64,000 nucleotides of DNA from Heptranchias perlo (Eukaryota), in NCBI RefSeq assembly GCF_035084215.1, contig NC_090332.1:77500001-77564000 (forward strand), written 5' to 3'. Below the pieces are notes generated by a model, which did no database searches, was not told the DNA's origin, and saw only the letters and a list, made by a program, of their open reading frames with translations. Position 1 is the stretch's first letter. Each line of letters begins with the position of its first letter. The position numbers and the translations under genes are program-made. Positions 24,526 to 36,455 of this stretch are shown here, piece after piece.

Positions 24526-25802
24526 ATAGAGTCATAGAGTTATACAGCACGGATAGAGGCCCTTCGGCCCATCGTGTCCGCGCCGGCCATCAGCCCTGTC
24601 TACTCTAATCCCATATTCCAGCATTTGGTCCGTAGCCTTGTATGCTATGGCATTTCAAGTGCTCATCCAAATGCTTCTTGAATGTTGTGAGGGTTCCTGC
24701 CTCCACAACCCTTTCAGGCAGTGAGTTCCAGACTCCAACCACCCTCTGGGTGAAAAAGTTCTTTCTCAAATCCCCTCTAAACCTCCCGCCTTTTACCTTG
24801 AATCTATGTCCCCTTGTTATAGAACCCTCAACTAAGGGAAAAAGCTCCTTAGTATCCATCCTATCTGTGCCCCTCATAATTTTGTACACCTCAATCATGT
24901 CCCCCCTCAGCCTCCTCTGCTCCAAGGAAAACAAACCCAATCTTCCCAGTCTCTCTTCATAGCTGAAGCGCTCCAGACCTGGTGACATCCTGGTGAATCT
25001 CCTCTGCACCCTCTCCAAAGCGATCACATCCTTCCTGTAGTGTGGCGACCAGAACTGCACACAGTACTCCAGCTGTGGCCTAACCAGTGTTTTATACAGC
25101 TCCATCATAACCTCCTTGCTCTTATATTCTATGCCTCGGCTAATAAAGGCAAGTATCCCATATGCCTTCTTTACCACCTTATCTACCTGTTCCGCCGCCT
25201 TCAGGGATCTGTGAACTTGCACACCAAGATCCCTCTGACCCTCTGTCTTGCCTAGGGTCCTCCCATTCATTGTGTATTCCCTTGCCTTGTTAGTCCCTCC
25301 AAAGTGCATCACCTCGCACTTTTCCGGGTTAAATTCCATTTGCCACTGTTCCGCCCATCTGACCAACCCATCTATATCGTCCTGCAGACTGAGGCTATCC
25401 TCCTCGCTATTTACCACCCTACCAATTTTTGTATGATCAGCGAACTTACTGATCATACCTTTTACATTCATATCCAAGTCGTTAATGTAGACCACAAACA
25501 GCAAGGGACCCAGCACCGATCCCTGTGGTACCCCACTGGCCACAGGCTTCCAGTCACAAAAACAACCTTCGACCATCACCCTCTGCCTTCTGCCACTAAG
25601 CCAGTTTTGTATCCAAAGTGCCAAGGCACCCTGGATTCCATGGGCTCGTACCTTCTTGACCAGTCTCCTGTGGGGGACTTTATCGAAGGCCTTACTGAAA
25701 TCCATGTATACCACATCCACTGCGTTACCCTCATCCACACGCCTAGTCACCCCCTCAAAAAATTCAATCAAATTAGTCAGACATGATCTTCCCTTGACAA
25801 AG
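24526..25802 (-). mobile_element. Young 5'-truncated CR1 with an uninterrupted 388-aa ORF2 remnant
   Basis: ORF 24605-25771 has DFSKAFDKV and GVPQGSVLGP; catalytic FADD is mutated to FADH; tail (ACTCTATG). Confidence 0.95.
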
Positions 25803-26684
25803 CTTGTGAAGCCTTTTCAAATAAGTACAGGCACAAAGTAGGCTCCAATTGTGCTTGTCACAGCAATGATCAATGGTTGCTTTTTCTTACCAGATCGTTT
25901 TGCTGAACAGGACTGATAGTTAAAAACACAACCCATAATCAATCAGGAAACAGACAAGTCCCAGCGATGTACCATAATGGCACAATATATCAAGAAAAAT
26001 GATTCTGTTTTGCTGCTGGATGAGGGATTTTGCTTTCCTAGGGCACAATAGAACAAACACTCTTTTAGACAGCCTGACACAGGTTGGGTCCAGCACTGGT
26101 AGATGGAGACAATGACGGTCACTGCACCTCCTTGATAGCTGAAGTGCTATGAAGTGCACCAGGCAAAGGGGAGGAACAAAAGATGGGGCAGCAGTGGAGT
26201 ATTCTTTATGATAGGTTTGCCAATATTCCATAAGCCAGTGCATCAGAAACCTTGTTCGTGCCAAACCATTGTTTACACACAAAAAGTAGAGAGAATTTGT
26301 GATGAGCCCTTCATAACTCTGTTCAAAGAAGTCTCCTTTTGTGTTCTTTTTAACAATTAAATATAAACATTCTGCAGCTGAGCCAGCTTTTCCACTGATG
26401 CCAAATGCAATTTGGTGACCAGAATAGAGCTTTTAATATGTTTTAAATAAATTATGATTATTTCTGGAAGTGCGGGGGAGAGGGGGGAAGGGGCTTTGCG
26501 AGGAGGACATGCAGTGTACTTATAATGGGGGCAGCGCCAGTACTAGGGCTTGGACCAAACTAGTGCCATGGAGATTTAGCTTTGGGAGCTGCTGTTAGGA
26601 ACCAGAGTGGCTGCATTGTTCACATTAGTTCTTGCAGGGGAACTATATACTTGCCAATCAGGAAAATGAGCAAACGTTAACTAA

Positions 26685-27300
26685 CAATTTCATTTCTAGA
26701 GGGATAGAATTGAAAAGCAGTAAAGTTATTTTAAACTTGCATAGAACCTTGGTTAGATCACACCTGGCCTACTGTGAACAGTTTGGGTCTCCATATTATA
26801 AAAAGGATATAGAGGCATTAGCGATGGTACAAAAAAGATTTACTAGGATGACACCAAAACTGAGAGGTCCTACCTGTCAAGAAGGATTGAACAGGCTGGG
26901 GCCCTTTTTTCTGGAAAAGAGAAGACTGAGGAGTGACCTGATAGAGGTCTTTAAGATTATGAAAGGGTTTGATAGGGTAGACGTAGAGAAGATGTTTCCA
27001 CTTGCGGGGGAGACCAGAACTAGGGGCCATTAATATATGATAGTCACTAATAAATCCAATAGGAAGTTCAGGAGAAACTTCTCCCAGAATGTGGGACTCG
27101 CTACCACAAGGAGTAGTTGAGGAGACTAGCATAGATCATTTAAGGGGAAGCTAGATAAACACATGAGGGAAAAAGTTTATGTTAATGCGGTTATATGAGG
27201 CAAGGTGGGAGGAGGCTCGTGTGGAGCATAAACACCGGCATGAACCTGTTGGGCCGAATGGCCTGTTTCTGTGCTTTACATTCTATGTAATTCCATGTAA
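26685..27300 (+). mobile_element. CR1 3' fragment
   Basis: FISRGIE...VQKRFTRM...GETRTRGH; GGGCCGAATGGCC hairpin and ATTCTATGTA tail. Confidence 0.9.
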
Positions 27301-28664
27301 CTTCGAAAGAGCAGACACTGTCCCATATAAAATTAACTGCTCAAAATAGGCCCTAAATGTTAACTCTGACATGCAAACATAAGTAATTGCACTGAAAGTG
27401 CAGTAGGACACAGCCTAGTTGTAACATAAAATGTTGGAAATCCACAACAGGTCAGTCCCCAGCTGTAAAGAGAAAAGACAGATTATGATACTTTAGTTGT
27501 GTACTTTTCATCATTCTAACAAGCTTGCACAAAGAACATGTGTGCTGAGATTACAGTGCCACATCTCACTTACCACAGAGCCACTGTGGGTGATGAGGCG
27601 GCTTCACAGAGTGGGATGGCCCGGAAGTTTTAATGGATTAGACTTTTTGGAGGGTGGGAAAGAAATCAATTAGGTCAAATCCCATTCAAAAAGAATGTGT
27701 TTTGGATTTCGCTTCAGGAAAAACTATCATTCGATAAATGTGTTTATTTTAAACAAATTATTTTCTGCTCTACATCCCTAAGGATGACCTTTCTCAGGTT
27801 TTTGGTAACATGTCTGCCCAGCAATGTAATTCCCAGTGACAGATGCTACAAAAGAACACAGGAACTTACATTTACTTCAAAATTTTTGTAAACAAACATG
27901 TTGGGATGGAAGAGCATCCATCCATCTTCATCCAAACGTGTTGAAGTGAGATTCTACCTTAGTTAAACGGATTATGTTTCATTAGTTTACTCTTAAATAC
28001 AATCCTTTGCCCTGTGTTGTGACCCATATGCCAGTTTGTATACTGTAGTCCATGTGATATGTGAAAGGATCAGTATTGGCCAGCTTGCTGATTCCAATTG
28101 CTATATTTGACTTATTTATATTGTCTTCTGAGTTACCTTATTTACGTGGGCTAGCTGACTTATTCCTAATCAAATGTCAACTTACTTTCAATCACAAACC
28201 TTTGTGCGTGTCACATAATTTTACAATGATGTGATATACAATGTCTAAATAATGACAGAAATCCTAACTCGTTCCCAAATCAGTTGACAATTCATAAAAT
28301 CTATACTTAACGCCATAGTTGACATTATCAGATGGTTACATATCAAGCCAGAATTTACAAACGTCTGTCTCACAGACTTTCATGCTTTACAGTATTGTGA
28401 AGGACAGATACATTACTTGTGGGTTTTTCAAAACGGTATTTTGAAAGTTCAAAATAAAAACACCAGTATTTGAAGTAAAGCACATGCCTATCCAATATCT
28501 TGTACTCCATTCAAATTGTATTCCTATATCGTAGGTATTTCAGAGGTGCCGTTTTGGGCTGATTAACTCTGGCACCTAACTTTCACAGGGGAGTGCCTAG
28601 CTTTTCCAATTCTCAGGGTATATCCATATATTAAAAAGTAGTCCTGTCTAATACAATGCCTGTA

Positions 28665-28710
28665 TCTTCCTTCCTTCCATCCTTCCTTCCTTCCTTCCCT
28701 TCTTCCATCC
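28665..28710. repeat. Imperfect (CCTT)n microsatellite
   Basis: TCTTCCTTCCTTCCATCCTTCCTTCCTTCCTTCCC. Confidence 0.85.
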
Positions 28711-29760
28711 TTGTGTTGTTTCCTCCCACTGACTCTACAGTGCTCAGGCATTTACCCATAACTCAAGGTAGGGGCAGACCAGAGTTTTGCCCAAACTAAG
28801 TATCACTTCCTTTGAATCGTATTTTCCCTCCAACCAAGGCAGGAAGAAGCTGTGATTTCACTGCCGATTAGGATCCCCCAATGGTTTGGTGGCTAAACAC
28901 ATCATGGCTAATGGTATCCTTGGTCGAAGTTTGATTAGTTGATCTCAGCCAGTGCAATGGGAGCATCACTACAAGTGGCTTCAGTATCTCACGTTCTTTC
29001 TTCCATTATATAGTACTTTGTATAAAATCCCCATGGTATTGTAATTGTGGTCGCAGGACAGTAGTTTTCCGAATGATTTAAATACTCTTAGCACATTGAC
29101 TACGCACTGTAGTATGGCAGCATGGCCGAAGAGTGTGCAGCCGGATTCCTTACATCTTTTGTTTGCTGCCTTTAGTTACAACATGTGATGATAATGTAGT
29201 CATCGCAGGTATGAGCTCAGCGATTCTCAGCTCGGTTAAATGCTTGGTGGTGGTAGAAAGGAGGAGGTGGGGGGGGAGTGGGTGGTTGTCTGTGGTGTAG
29301 ATCAAGGATTGACTGAAAGAAAGGGTTCAGTGGTTCTAGTTAGTGGAATTATGTCAGGCTGGGGAGATGTGGAGTGCCCTTGGGGTTAGTGTTATTGCCC
29401 CTACTTTTCTTAATCTTCATAAGGAATCTGGCCCCAGAAGTTAAATGCAATTTGGTCAAATTCACGCATGATACTAAGCTAGGAAAGGAAGCTGAGTCTC
29501 ATGAACAAACCAAAGCGTCTCAGAAGAACCTAGACAAAGTTTGCAAGTAGGCAGCACTGGCAGATGAAGTTCAATATGATAAGTACAAAGTACTATATAA
29601 TGGAGAAAGAATGTGAGACACACTTACTCAAAGAATGCTGTTGAACAAGTTAGGAAAGAGATGGAAAGAGGTTTAGAAGTGGTAATAAACTCAACACTAA
29701 CATCAGCCTTTGTGGTGGAATTGCAATCAGTAAGATTAACAGAATACTGATCTATATTTT

Positions 29761-31892
29761 CAGTGGGATGAGAACAGATCTGGCCCGGGTAAATTGAAAT
29801 CAAAGATTGGCAGGCAAAACTGTAATTGAACAATGGGCGGCCTTTAAAGAGGAGATGATTTGGATACAGACAAGGTACATTCCAATGAGGGAGAAAGGTA
29901 GGGCAACTAAAGCCAGAGCTCCCTGGATGACAAAGGAGATAGAGAGTAAGATGAAACAGAGAAAGGAGGCATATGACAGATGTCAGGTTGATAATACAAG
30001 TGAGAACCAGGCAGAATATAGAAAGTTCAGAGGGGAAGTGAAAAAGGAAATAAGAGGGGCAAAGAGAGAGTATGAGAAAAGACTAGCGACCAACATAAAA
30101 GGGAATCCAAAAGTCTTCTACAGACATGTTAACAGTAAACGGTAGTAAGAGGAGGGGTGGGGCCGATTAGGGACCATAAAAGAGATCTACTTATGGAGGC
30201 AGTGGGCATGGCTGAGGTACTAAATGAGTACTTTGCATCGGTCCTTATCAAGGAAGAAGATGCTGCCAGAGTCTGGGTAAAGGAAGATATAGTTAAGATA
30301 CTGGATGGGCTAAAAATGGAGAAAGAAGAGGTACTAGAAAGGCTAGCTGCACTTAAAATAGATGTCACCTGGTCTGGATGGGATGCACCCTAGGTTGCTG
30401 AGGGAGGTAAGGAGGAAATTGCAGGGGTAGTGGCCATAATCTTCCAAACAGCCTTAGGTATGGGGTGGTGCACCCTTGTTCAAAAAAGGGTGTAAAGATA
30501 AACCCAGCAACTACAGGCCAGTCAGTTTAACCTCGGTGGTGGGGAAACTTTTGGAAACGATAATCCGGGACAGAATTAGCAGTCACTTGGACGAGTGCGG
30601 ATTGCTTAGGGAAAGCCAGCACGGATTTGTTAAAGGCAAATCGTGTTTAACCAACTTGATAGAGTTTTTTGATGAGGTAACAGAGAGGGTCGATGAGGAC
30701 AATGCAGTTGATGTGGTGTTTATGGATTTTCAAAAAGCGTTTGATAAAGTGCCACATGGTAGGCTTGCTATTAAGATTGTGGCCCATTTAATAAAGGGGG
30801 CAATAGCAACATGGATACAGAATTGGCTAAATGACAGGAAACAATGAGTATTGGTGAATGGTTGTTTTTCGGACTGGAGGTAGGTATACAGTGGTGTTCC
30901 CCAAGGGTCGGTGTTGGGACCACTGCTTTTTTTGATATATATTCATGACTTGGATTCGGGTGTACAGGGCACAATTTCAAAATTTGCAGGTGTCACAAAA
31001 CTTGGCAGGGCAGTGAACAGTGAGGAGGATAGTGATAGACTTCAAGAAGACATGGGCAGGCTGGTGGAATGGCCGGACTCGTGGCAGATGAAGTTTAACG
31101 CGGAAAAATGCGAGGTGATGCATTTCGGTAAGAAAAATGAGGAGAGGCAATGTAATCTAGAGGGCACAATTCTAAAAGGGTTGGAGGAATAGTGGGATCT
31201 GGGGGTATATGTGCACAAATTGTTGAAGGTGGCAGGGCAGGTTGAGAAAGTGGTTAAAAAAGCATACGGGGTTCTGGGCTTTATAAATAGAGGCACAGAG
31301 TACAAAAGCAAGGAAGTTATGATGAACCTTTATAAAACATTGGTTCGACCACAACTGGAGCATTGTGTCCAGTTCTGGGCACTGCACTTTAGGGAGGATG
31401 TGAAGCCTTAGCGAGGGTGCAGAGGAGATTTACTAGAATGATTCAGGGATGAGGGACTTAAATTACATGGATAGACTGGAGAAGCTGGGATTGTTCTCCT
31501 TGGAACAGGGACGGTTGAGAGGAGATTTGATAGAGGTATTCAAAATCATGAAGGACCTAGACAGAGTAGATAGAGAGAAACTGTCCCCATTGGCGGAAGG
31601 GTCAAGAACCAGAGGGCATAGATTTAAGGTGATTGGCAAAAGAACCAAAGGTGACATGAGGAAAAACCTTTTTACACAGCGAGTGGTTTGGATCTGGAAT
31701 GCACTGCCTGAGGGAGTGGTGGAGGCTGATTCAATCATGGCTTTCAAAAGGGAACTGGATAAGTACTTGAAACAAAAAGATTTGCAGGGCTATCAGGATA
31801 GAGCGGGAGAGTGGATCGTGCATGGAGCCGGCATGGACTCGATAGGCCGAATGGCCTCCTTCCATGCTATAACCTTTCTATGATTCTATGAT
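29761..31892 (+). mobile_element. 5'-truncated CR1 LINE (~2.1 kb, degenerate ORF2)
   Basis: RAPWM, NPKVFYRHV, NYRPVSLTSVVGK, KSCLTNL, DFQKAFDKV, FAGV (decayed FADD), WNALP; TTCTATGATTCTATG tail. Confidence 0.95.
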
Positions 31893-31975
31893 ATTGTCAG
31901 ATCATCAGAGTTCATATCTGAGGTCATTATGCTGAAATTGTACAGTGCTTTGGTCAGACTGCACCTTGAATAGTG

Positions 31976-32069
31976 TAATAAAAACAGAAAACGTGGAAAT
32001 ACTCAGCAGGCCAGGCAGCATCTATGGAGACAGAAACAGAGTTAACGGTTCAGATCGAAGACCTTTTGT
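31976..32069 (-). mobile_element. Short Penelope-like terminal fragment with 11-bp TSD
   Basis: AAAACAGAAAACGTGGAAATACTCAGCAGG...GAGTTAACGG.TTCAG; flanked by CTTGAATAGTG (31965-31975) and CTTGAATGGTG (32070-32080). Family assignment is from recall. Confidence 0.55.
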
Positions 32070-32440
32070 CTTGAATGGTGGGTTCAGTCTGGCCACCAAG
32101 ACACAAGGAAACATCCAAATCTTGGAGATGGTGGAAAAAAGGGCCATGAAAGAGATTCGAGGGGTTGGAAAGGGCCGTGATAGAGATTCCAAGAGTTAGA
32201 TGACTAGAAAAACTTTGAACTCCTGGTTAATTAAAAACAATCTTAGAGGGATACTGTATAAGATACCAAGCTGAATAGGAAAGGGTATAATTGGAGCACG
32301 AATACAAACATTACTACAGAGGAAGGGGCCACATAAGTATAAACTGGTAAAAGGCAAGCTCAGGACTGATGTCCTCGTACAAAGAGCGATTAAATGGGCC
32401 TCTGGGTAGGGTAGTAGAGGGAATAACTCTGGAATCATTT

Positions 32441-32785
32441 GATGCAGAGAAGTTGTTTCCACTTGTGAGTCCAAAACTAGCGGCCATAAATATAAGATAG
32501 TCACTAATAAATCCAGTGAGGAACTCAAGAGAAATTTCTTTACTTGGAGAGTGGTGAGAATGTGGAACTCGCTGCCATGTGGAATGGTTGAGGCGATTAG
32601 CATAGATGCATTTAAGGGGAAGCTAGATAAGTACATGAGGGAGAAAGGAATAGAAGGATATGTTGATAGGGTGAGATGAAGGAAGCTTGTGTGGAGTATA
32701 AACATATGTTGGTGTCTTAGATCATAGAACAGTAGAGACCCGTTGGGCTGAATGGCCTGTTTCTGTGCTGTAAAATTCTATGTAA
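32441..32785 (+). mobile_element. CR1 3' fragment
   Basis: GHKYKIVTNKS, VRMWNSLP; GGGCTGAATGGCC and AATTCTATGTA tail. Confidence 0.85.
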
Positions 32786-33171
32786 AGAGGCAATTGGATG
32801 CTATGAATAGGGGGTTGGGGGAGGAACCATTGGTTTCTACGGAAGGATGAGCTAGAGGGGCTGAATGACCGCTCATGTACACTTACCTTTGTGGTGTCTG
32901 CAGAGAACCTGACCCACAAAAGGAAGAAACTGGAATTTGCCACATCTCTTCTGTCCTTTTGCATCTCCTCTGTTTAGTGCAAAGAAAGTGTGGAGTAGTT
33001 TCCCTCTTAGCTCCTTCCAATGATCAAATGAGGGCATACGGATTGAGGAAAAGTAGAGAAACAAAAATTTCAAACCTAGCACAGAAAAAACAAAACAAAG
33101 TATTGTTATAATTTTAAAAAAGGTGAGTGTTCATTTGTATTTTCCATTTTAACCCCTGATATTGTTCCCAG

Positions 33172-33303
33172 GCTATTACGTGGTGAGCTATACTTCGGAG
33201 ATGGATGACAGGCGGATAGGCCGGCGACTGATGCAGCACAGCAATGAGAACAACACAGATGCCAAGGCAGCCCCACATGTGTACAAGAACTGCACTGAGC
33301 CTG
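33172..33303 (+). CDS. SLC24A3: Internal coding exon (exon 2) of a K+-dependent Na+/Ca2+ exchanger, most likely NCKX3
   Basis: Acceptor TTTTAACCCCTGATATTGTTCCCAG| and donor CTG|GTAAGA; 132 nt, phase 1-1. Translates (G)YYVVSYTSEMDDRRIGRRLMQHSNENNTDAKAAPHVYKNCTEP(A), matching human NCKX3 exon 2 as recalled (...ARKLMQVNDT...SKNCTEP|A). NCKX4 has KNCTDP and a short intron 1, while no exon 1 is visible in the 33 kb upstream. Paralog assignment is an inference. Confidence 0.85.
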
Positions 33304-34243
33304 GTAAGAGAAACATAGCATCACCTGCTCCCCGGGAAGAAAAGTTCATCGAAAAATAGCGAAATGTTATGCGGCCTTTGATATTCGTACTGTTGTTTTT
33401 GTAGTGGCGTGACATGGTTCCTTGCAATATGTACCCATTGTACCACATTGTCATGGGTAACAGGGTCACGTCTGTGATCTTTTATGCACTCAGTTCCTCT
33501 TAGCTGCCCTACCGCTCGGAGTAGGTAGCCATATCCCCACTGAGAGGGAGGGAAAACCAGAAGGAGAGTTATCTTGGGCCGCCCTTGTGTAACTCTCAGC
33601 AAAGCCAGTTACAGGGCAGCATTGGTAGAGGTTCAATGGTTTACCTGCTGTATTGGTCATGGGAAGGTAAATGGGAGAAACTAACTTTTCAAAAAAAAAT
33701 ACATATTTATGATGCTGTCATGCAATTTCAGAGAGATCATCGAAAATTGTTTAGAATTGTTAAATGGCTAATAAAAGCATTCTAGAATACCTTGAAATTT
33801 CTTTTAAAGGACAATACAGCCATTAGAGTCTCTCAAATTACTATGCAAGTGGTGTCATTTGTTAATTGGTTATGTCACTTATCTTTGTAGTTGCAAATGG
33901 ATGACTCTTTATTGGGACATACTGGAACCACTGTACAAAAGCTTGTACTGCAGCAGGTATAATGTACACATGCCATAGTATCCACTGTGCAGCCTCTGCA
34001 CAGGGTAAATGGTCCCAAGAGCTGAACTAGCCCCCATTAGCTGAAGCAGTGTCATAAGGAGCAAAATATTCGTGAGAGTCTGAAGGAATAAGCATCTTTG
34101 CTTCATCTTTGCTGCTCACCTCCAGAGTTGGTTGTATCAAATGAAGTTGTGCTATGATATTAATGTACAAATACTTGTCTTTATGAAAGTCCTGTGACTG
34201 CTATTCTAATGAAGGCATTAGACCATTCATTTTAAATGATCAT

Positions 34244-34872
34244 GGGTTGGATTTTGCTGGAGTGGGGCATCTCGTGACGTATGTCGTTAGTTAGAATTTT
34301 CCCTCGCCCTTCAGCTCAAAAATTTTTTGCGTCATAACTTGCTGGAAGTGCGAGCATAACGGGGCATGTGCGATCTTAGCGAATAGCTGGACCAACAGTG
34401 TATCTCCTTAATCAATGAGGTTTAAGGATTGAGAAAGAAACAGAGGAACAGCGGAGAAGGAGGAGGAATTAGAGTCAAATCAGGTACAGAAAGGGAAATA
34501 AAGAGAGGGAAAGAAAGATTGGATTAAGAGAGAGAGAGAGAAAGATTTAACATTTGACATTTTTAAAATCTCTGACATGCAGGAATGAGATTGAACACTT
34601 TAAATTGTTCCCATGGGAAACAGATTTAATTTTCTGCAGCGAGTTTAATGGGCAATCAATGTGCAAATCCAGCAAGTTCTTAAAAATAACGGGGAGGCTA
34701 GGGGCGAGCAATGTGTGAAGCAAACAGCGGAGTGGTGTAAATCGACCAGCAGGTTCTGGTGATTCACAACTCATGGCGTATCTCCTAATCCCCCGAAGTT
34801 GCAGGCCGATTTGGACATGAATGACTGTGTGCATCGTTCACACACTCTTATTTTTCCAGCAAGATCTGGCCC
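34244..34872. mobile_element. MITE-like element, copy 2 of the 3886-4614 family
   Basis: TIRs GGGTTGGATTTTGCTGGA / reverse complement GGGCCAGATCTTGCTGGA; shared interior (AACTTGCTGGAAGTGCGAG, GAATTAGAGTCAAATCAGGTACAGAAAGGGAAAT). Confidence 0.8.
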
Positions 34873-34935
34873 GATATCATACGGCACGAGTTCACCCCAA
34901 TGGTCGTAATTCCTTGTGATTTATGTGCTGACTAT

Positions 34936-35474
34936 GGGCTAGAAGTTTGTTTAGGCCCATTTTTGGGCCTGAAATAGGCGACGCACTCGGAGCATGCTCC
35001 GGAATCTCGTCCAAAATTGGGTCTCCGGTATACTTCCGGTGAGCTGCCGTCGCCAATCGGACATCTAGAGGCAGCTCGCCGTTTGGCTCCCCACCAATTT
35101 CAGCCAGCTCAGGTAGGTCCTGGGGGGTGTAGAGCAGGAGGTGGGGGGCAAGCGTGGACCAGCAGCAGCCCCCAGGAGTGTTGTGGAGCCGTGTGGAACA
35201 CTCCTGCTCCTCCTGGCTCCACATGAAGGTAGGTTAAAAAGAAGAAACTGCCCCTTTTGAGGGCAGCCTCCAACGATTCCCTTTAAGGACTGCTGGTAAG
35301 GGCCTAACGCCTGGTTAAGGCGGCCACCAGGGATGCCTGAATATAGCTTGAGCCAAAATGGTGTTGGATGTATTTCAGGCGCCCTAGGGGCGCAGGACAT
35401 AGCGTCGCAAAATTGGTCCCTTTTGGCCATGTTTCGGGCCTGAAAAACAGGCACAAGAAGTTCCAATTTCTCCC
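34936..35474. mobile_element. GC-rich non-autonomous DNA element (MITE-like)
   Basis: Decayed GGG..AGAA.TT termini; subterminal GGGCCTGAAA..AGGC motifs at both ends; CpG-rich compared with flanks. Confidence 0.45.
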
Positions 35475-35879
35475 TCTTTGTGCCTTTGCTTAATTTTTAC
35501 TCTCTTCTAAATAACCAGTATTCAATGAAAAGGGATGGGCAGAAAAGTCCATTTTTTTCTCAGTGCATCATTCTTACAAGCTGCCAAACCTGTTGCTTTC
35601 CAAGAAGAGAGATTCCACAAATTGGCGGATGAACGAGAGATCTCAGACCCAACTGGGTGTGTTTTCAGAGAACGAGCTGCAGAGAAACAGGCTAAATGGA
35701 AAGGAATGGAGCCTTGTTGCAAAAAAAAAACGCCTGCACAAACCCATCCACACTCAGAGTAAGAAATGTGAGAACCATGATGGTTCATATATTGGAACAT
35801 TTACAAAGGCTTTTTTTGAGGAAGTTAAACTATTTTAAGTCGATGCATATTCCTGGTGATCTTATTGCTTCTGATACAG

Positions 35880-36455
35880 CTATTATGAAGGGTTTTGATA
35901 GGATAAATAAGGAGAAACTGTTTCCATTGGCAGAAGAGTCGGTAACCAGAGGACACAGATTTAAGATAATTGGCAAAAAATCCATAAAATTTACTAAAAT
36001 GATACCAGGGATAAGGAACCTCAGTTATGTGGAGAGAAGAGAAACTGGGTTGGTTTTCCTTACAGCAGCAATAGTTAAGTGGAGATTTAATAGAGGTGTT
36101 CAAAATTATGAGGTGTTTTGATAGAGTAAATAAGGAGAAACTATTCCCATTGGTAGGAGGGCCAGTAACCAGAGGACACAGATTTAAGATAATTGGCAAA
36201 AGAACCTGAGGGGAGATGAGGAGAAATTTTTTATGCAGCGAGTTGTTATGATCTGGAATGCACTGCCTGAAAGGGCGGTGGAAGCAGATTCAGTCGTAAC
36301 TTTCAAAAGGGAATTTGATATATACTTAAAAAGGGAAAATTTGCATGGCTATGAGGAAAGAGCAAGGGAGTGGGACTAGTTGAATTGCTCCTTCAAAGAG
36401 CCGACACAAGCACACTGGGCCGAATGGCCTCTCTCTGTGCTGTATGATTCTATTA
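35880..36455 (+). mobile_element. CR1 3' fragments with a tandem partial duplication
   Basis: ...TAAGGAGAAACT.TT.CCATTGG...TAACCAGAGGACACAGATTTAAGATAATTGGCAAAA occurs at ~35910-35980 and ~36130-36200; ATGATTCTAT tail. Confidence 0.85.

Larger units (their letters stand above)
29450..32440 (+). mobile_element. Very old CR1 (29450-29760 + 31893-32440) hosting a younger CR1 and a Penelope fragment
   Basis: Decayed VKF..DTKL and WQMKFN..K segments before 29760; L.LYSALVRLHLE...VQ..P..K..IQILEMV.KRA after 31893. Confidence 0.55.
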
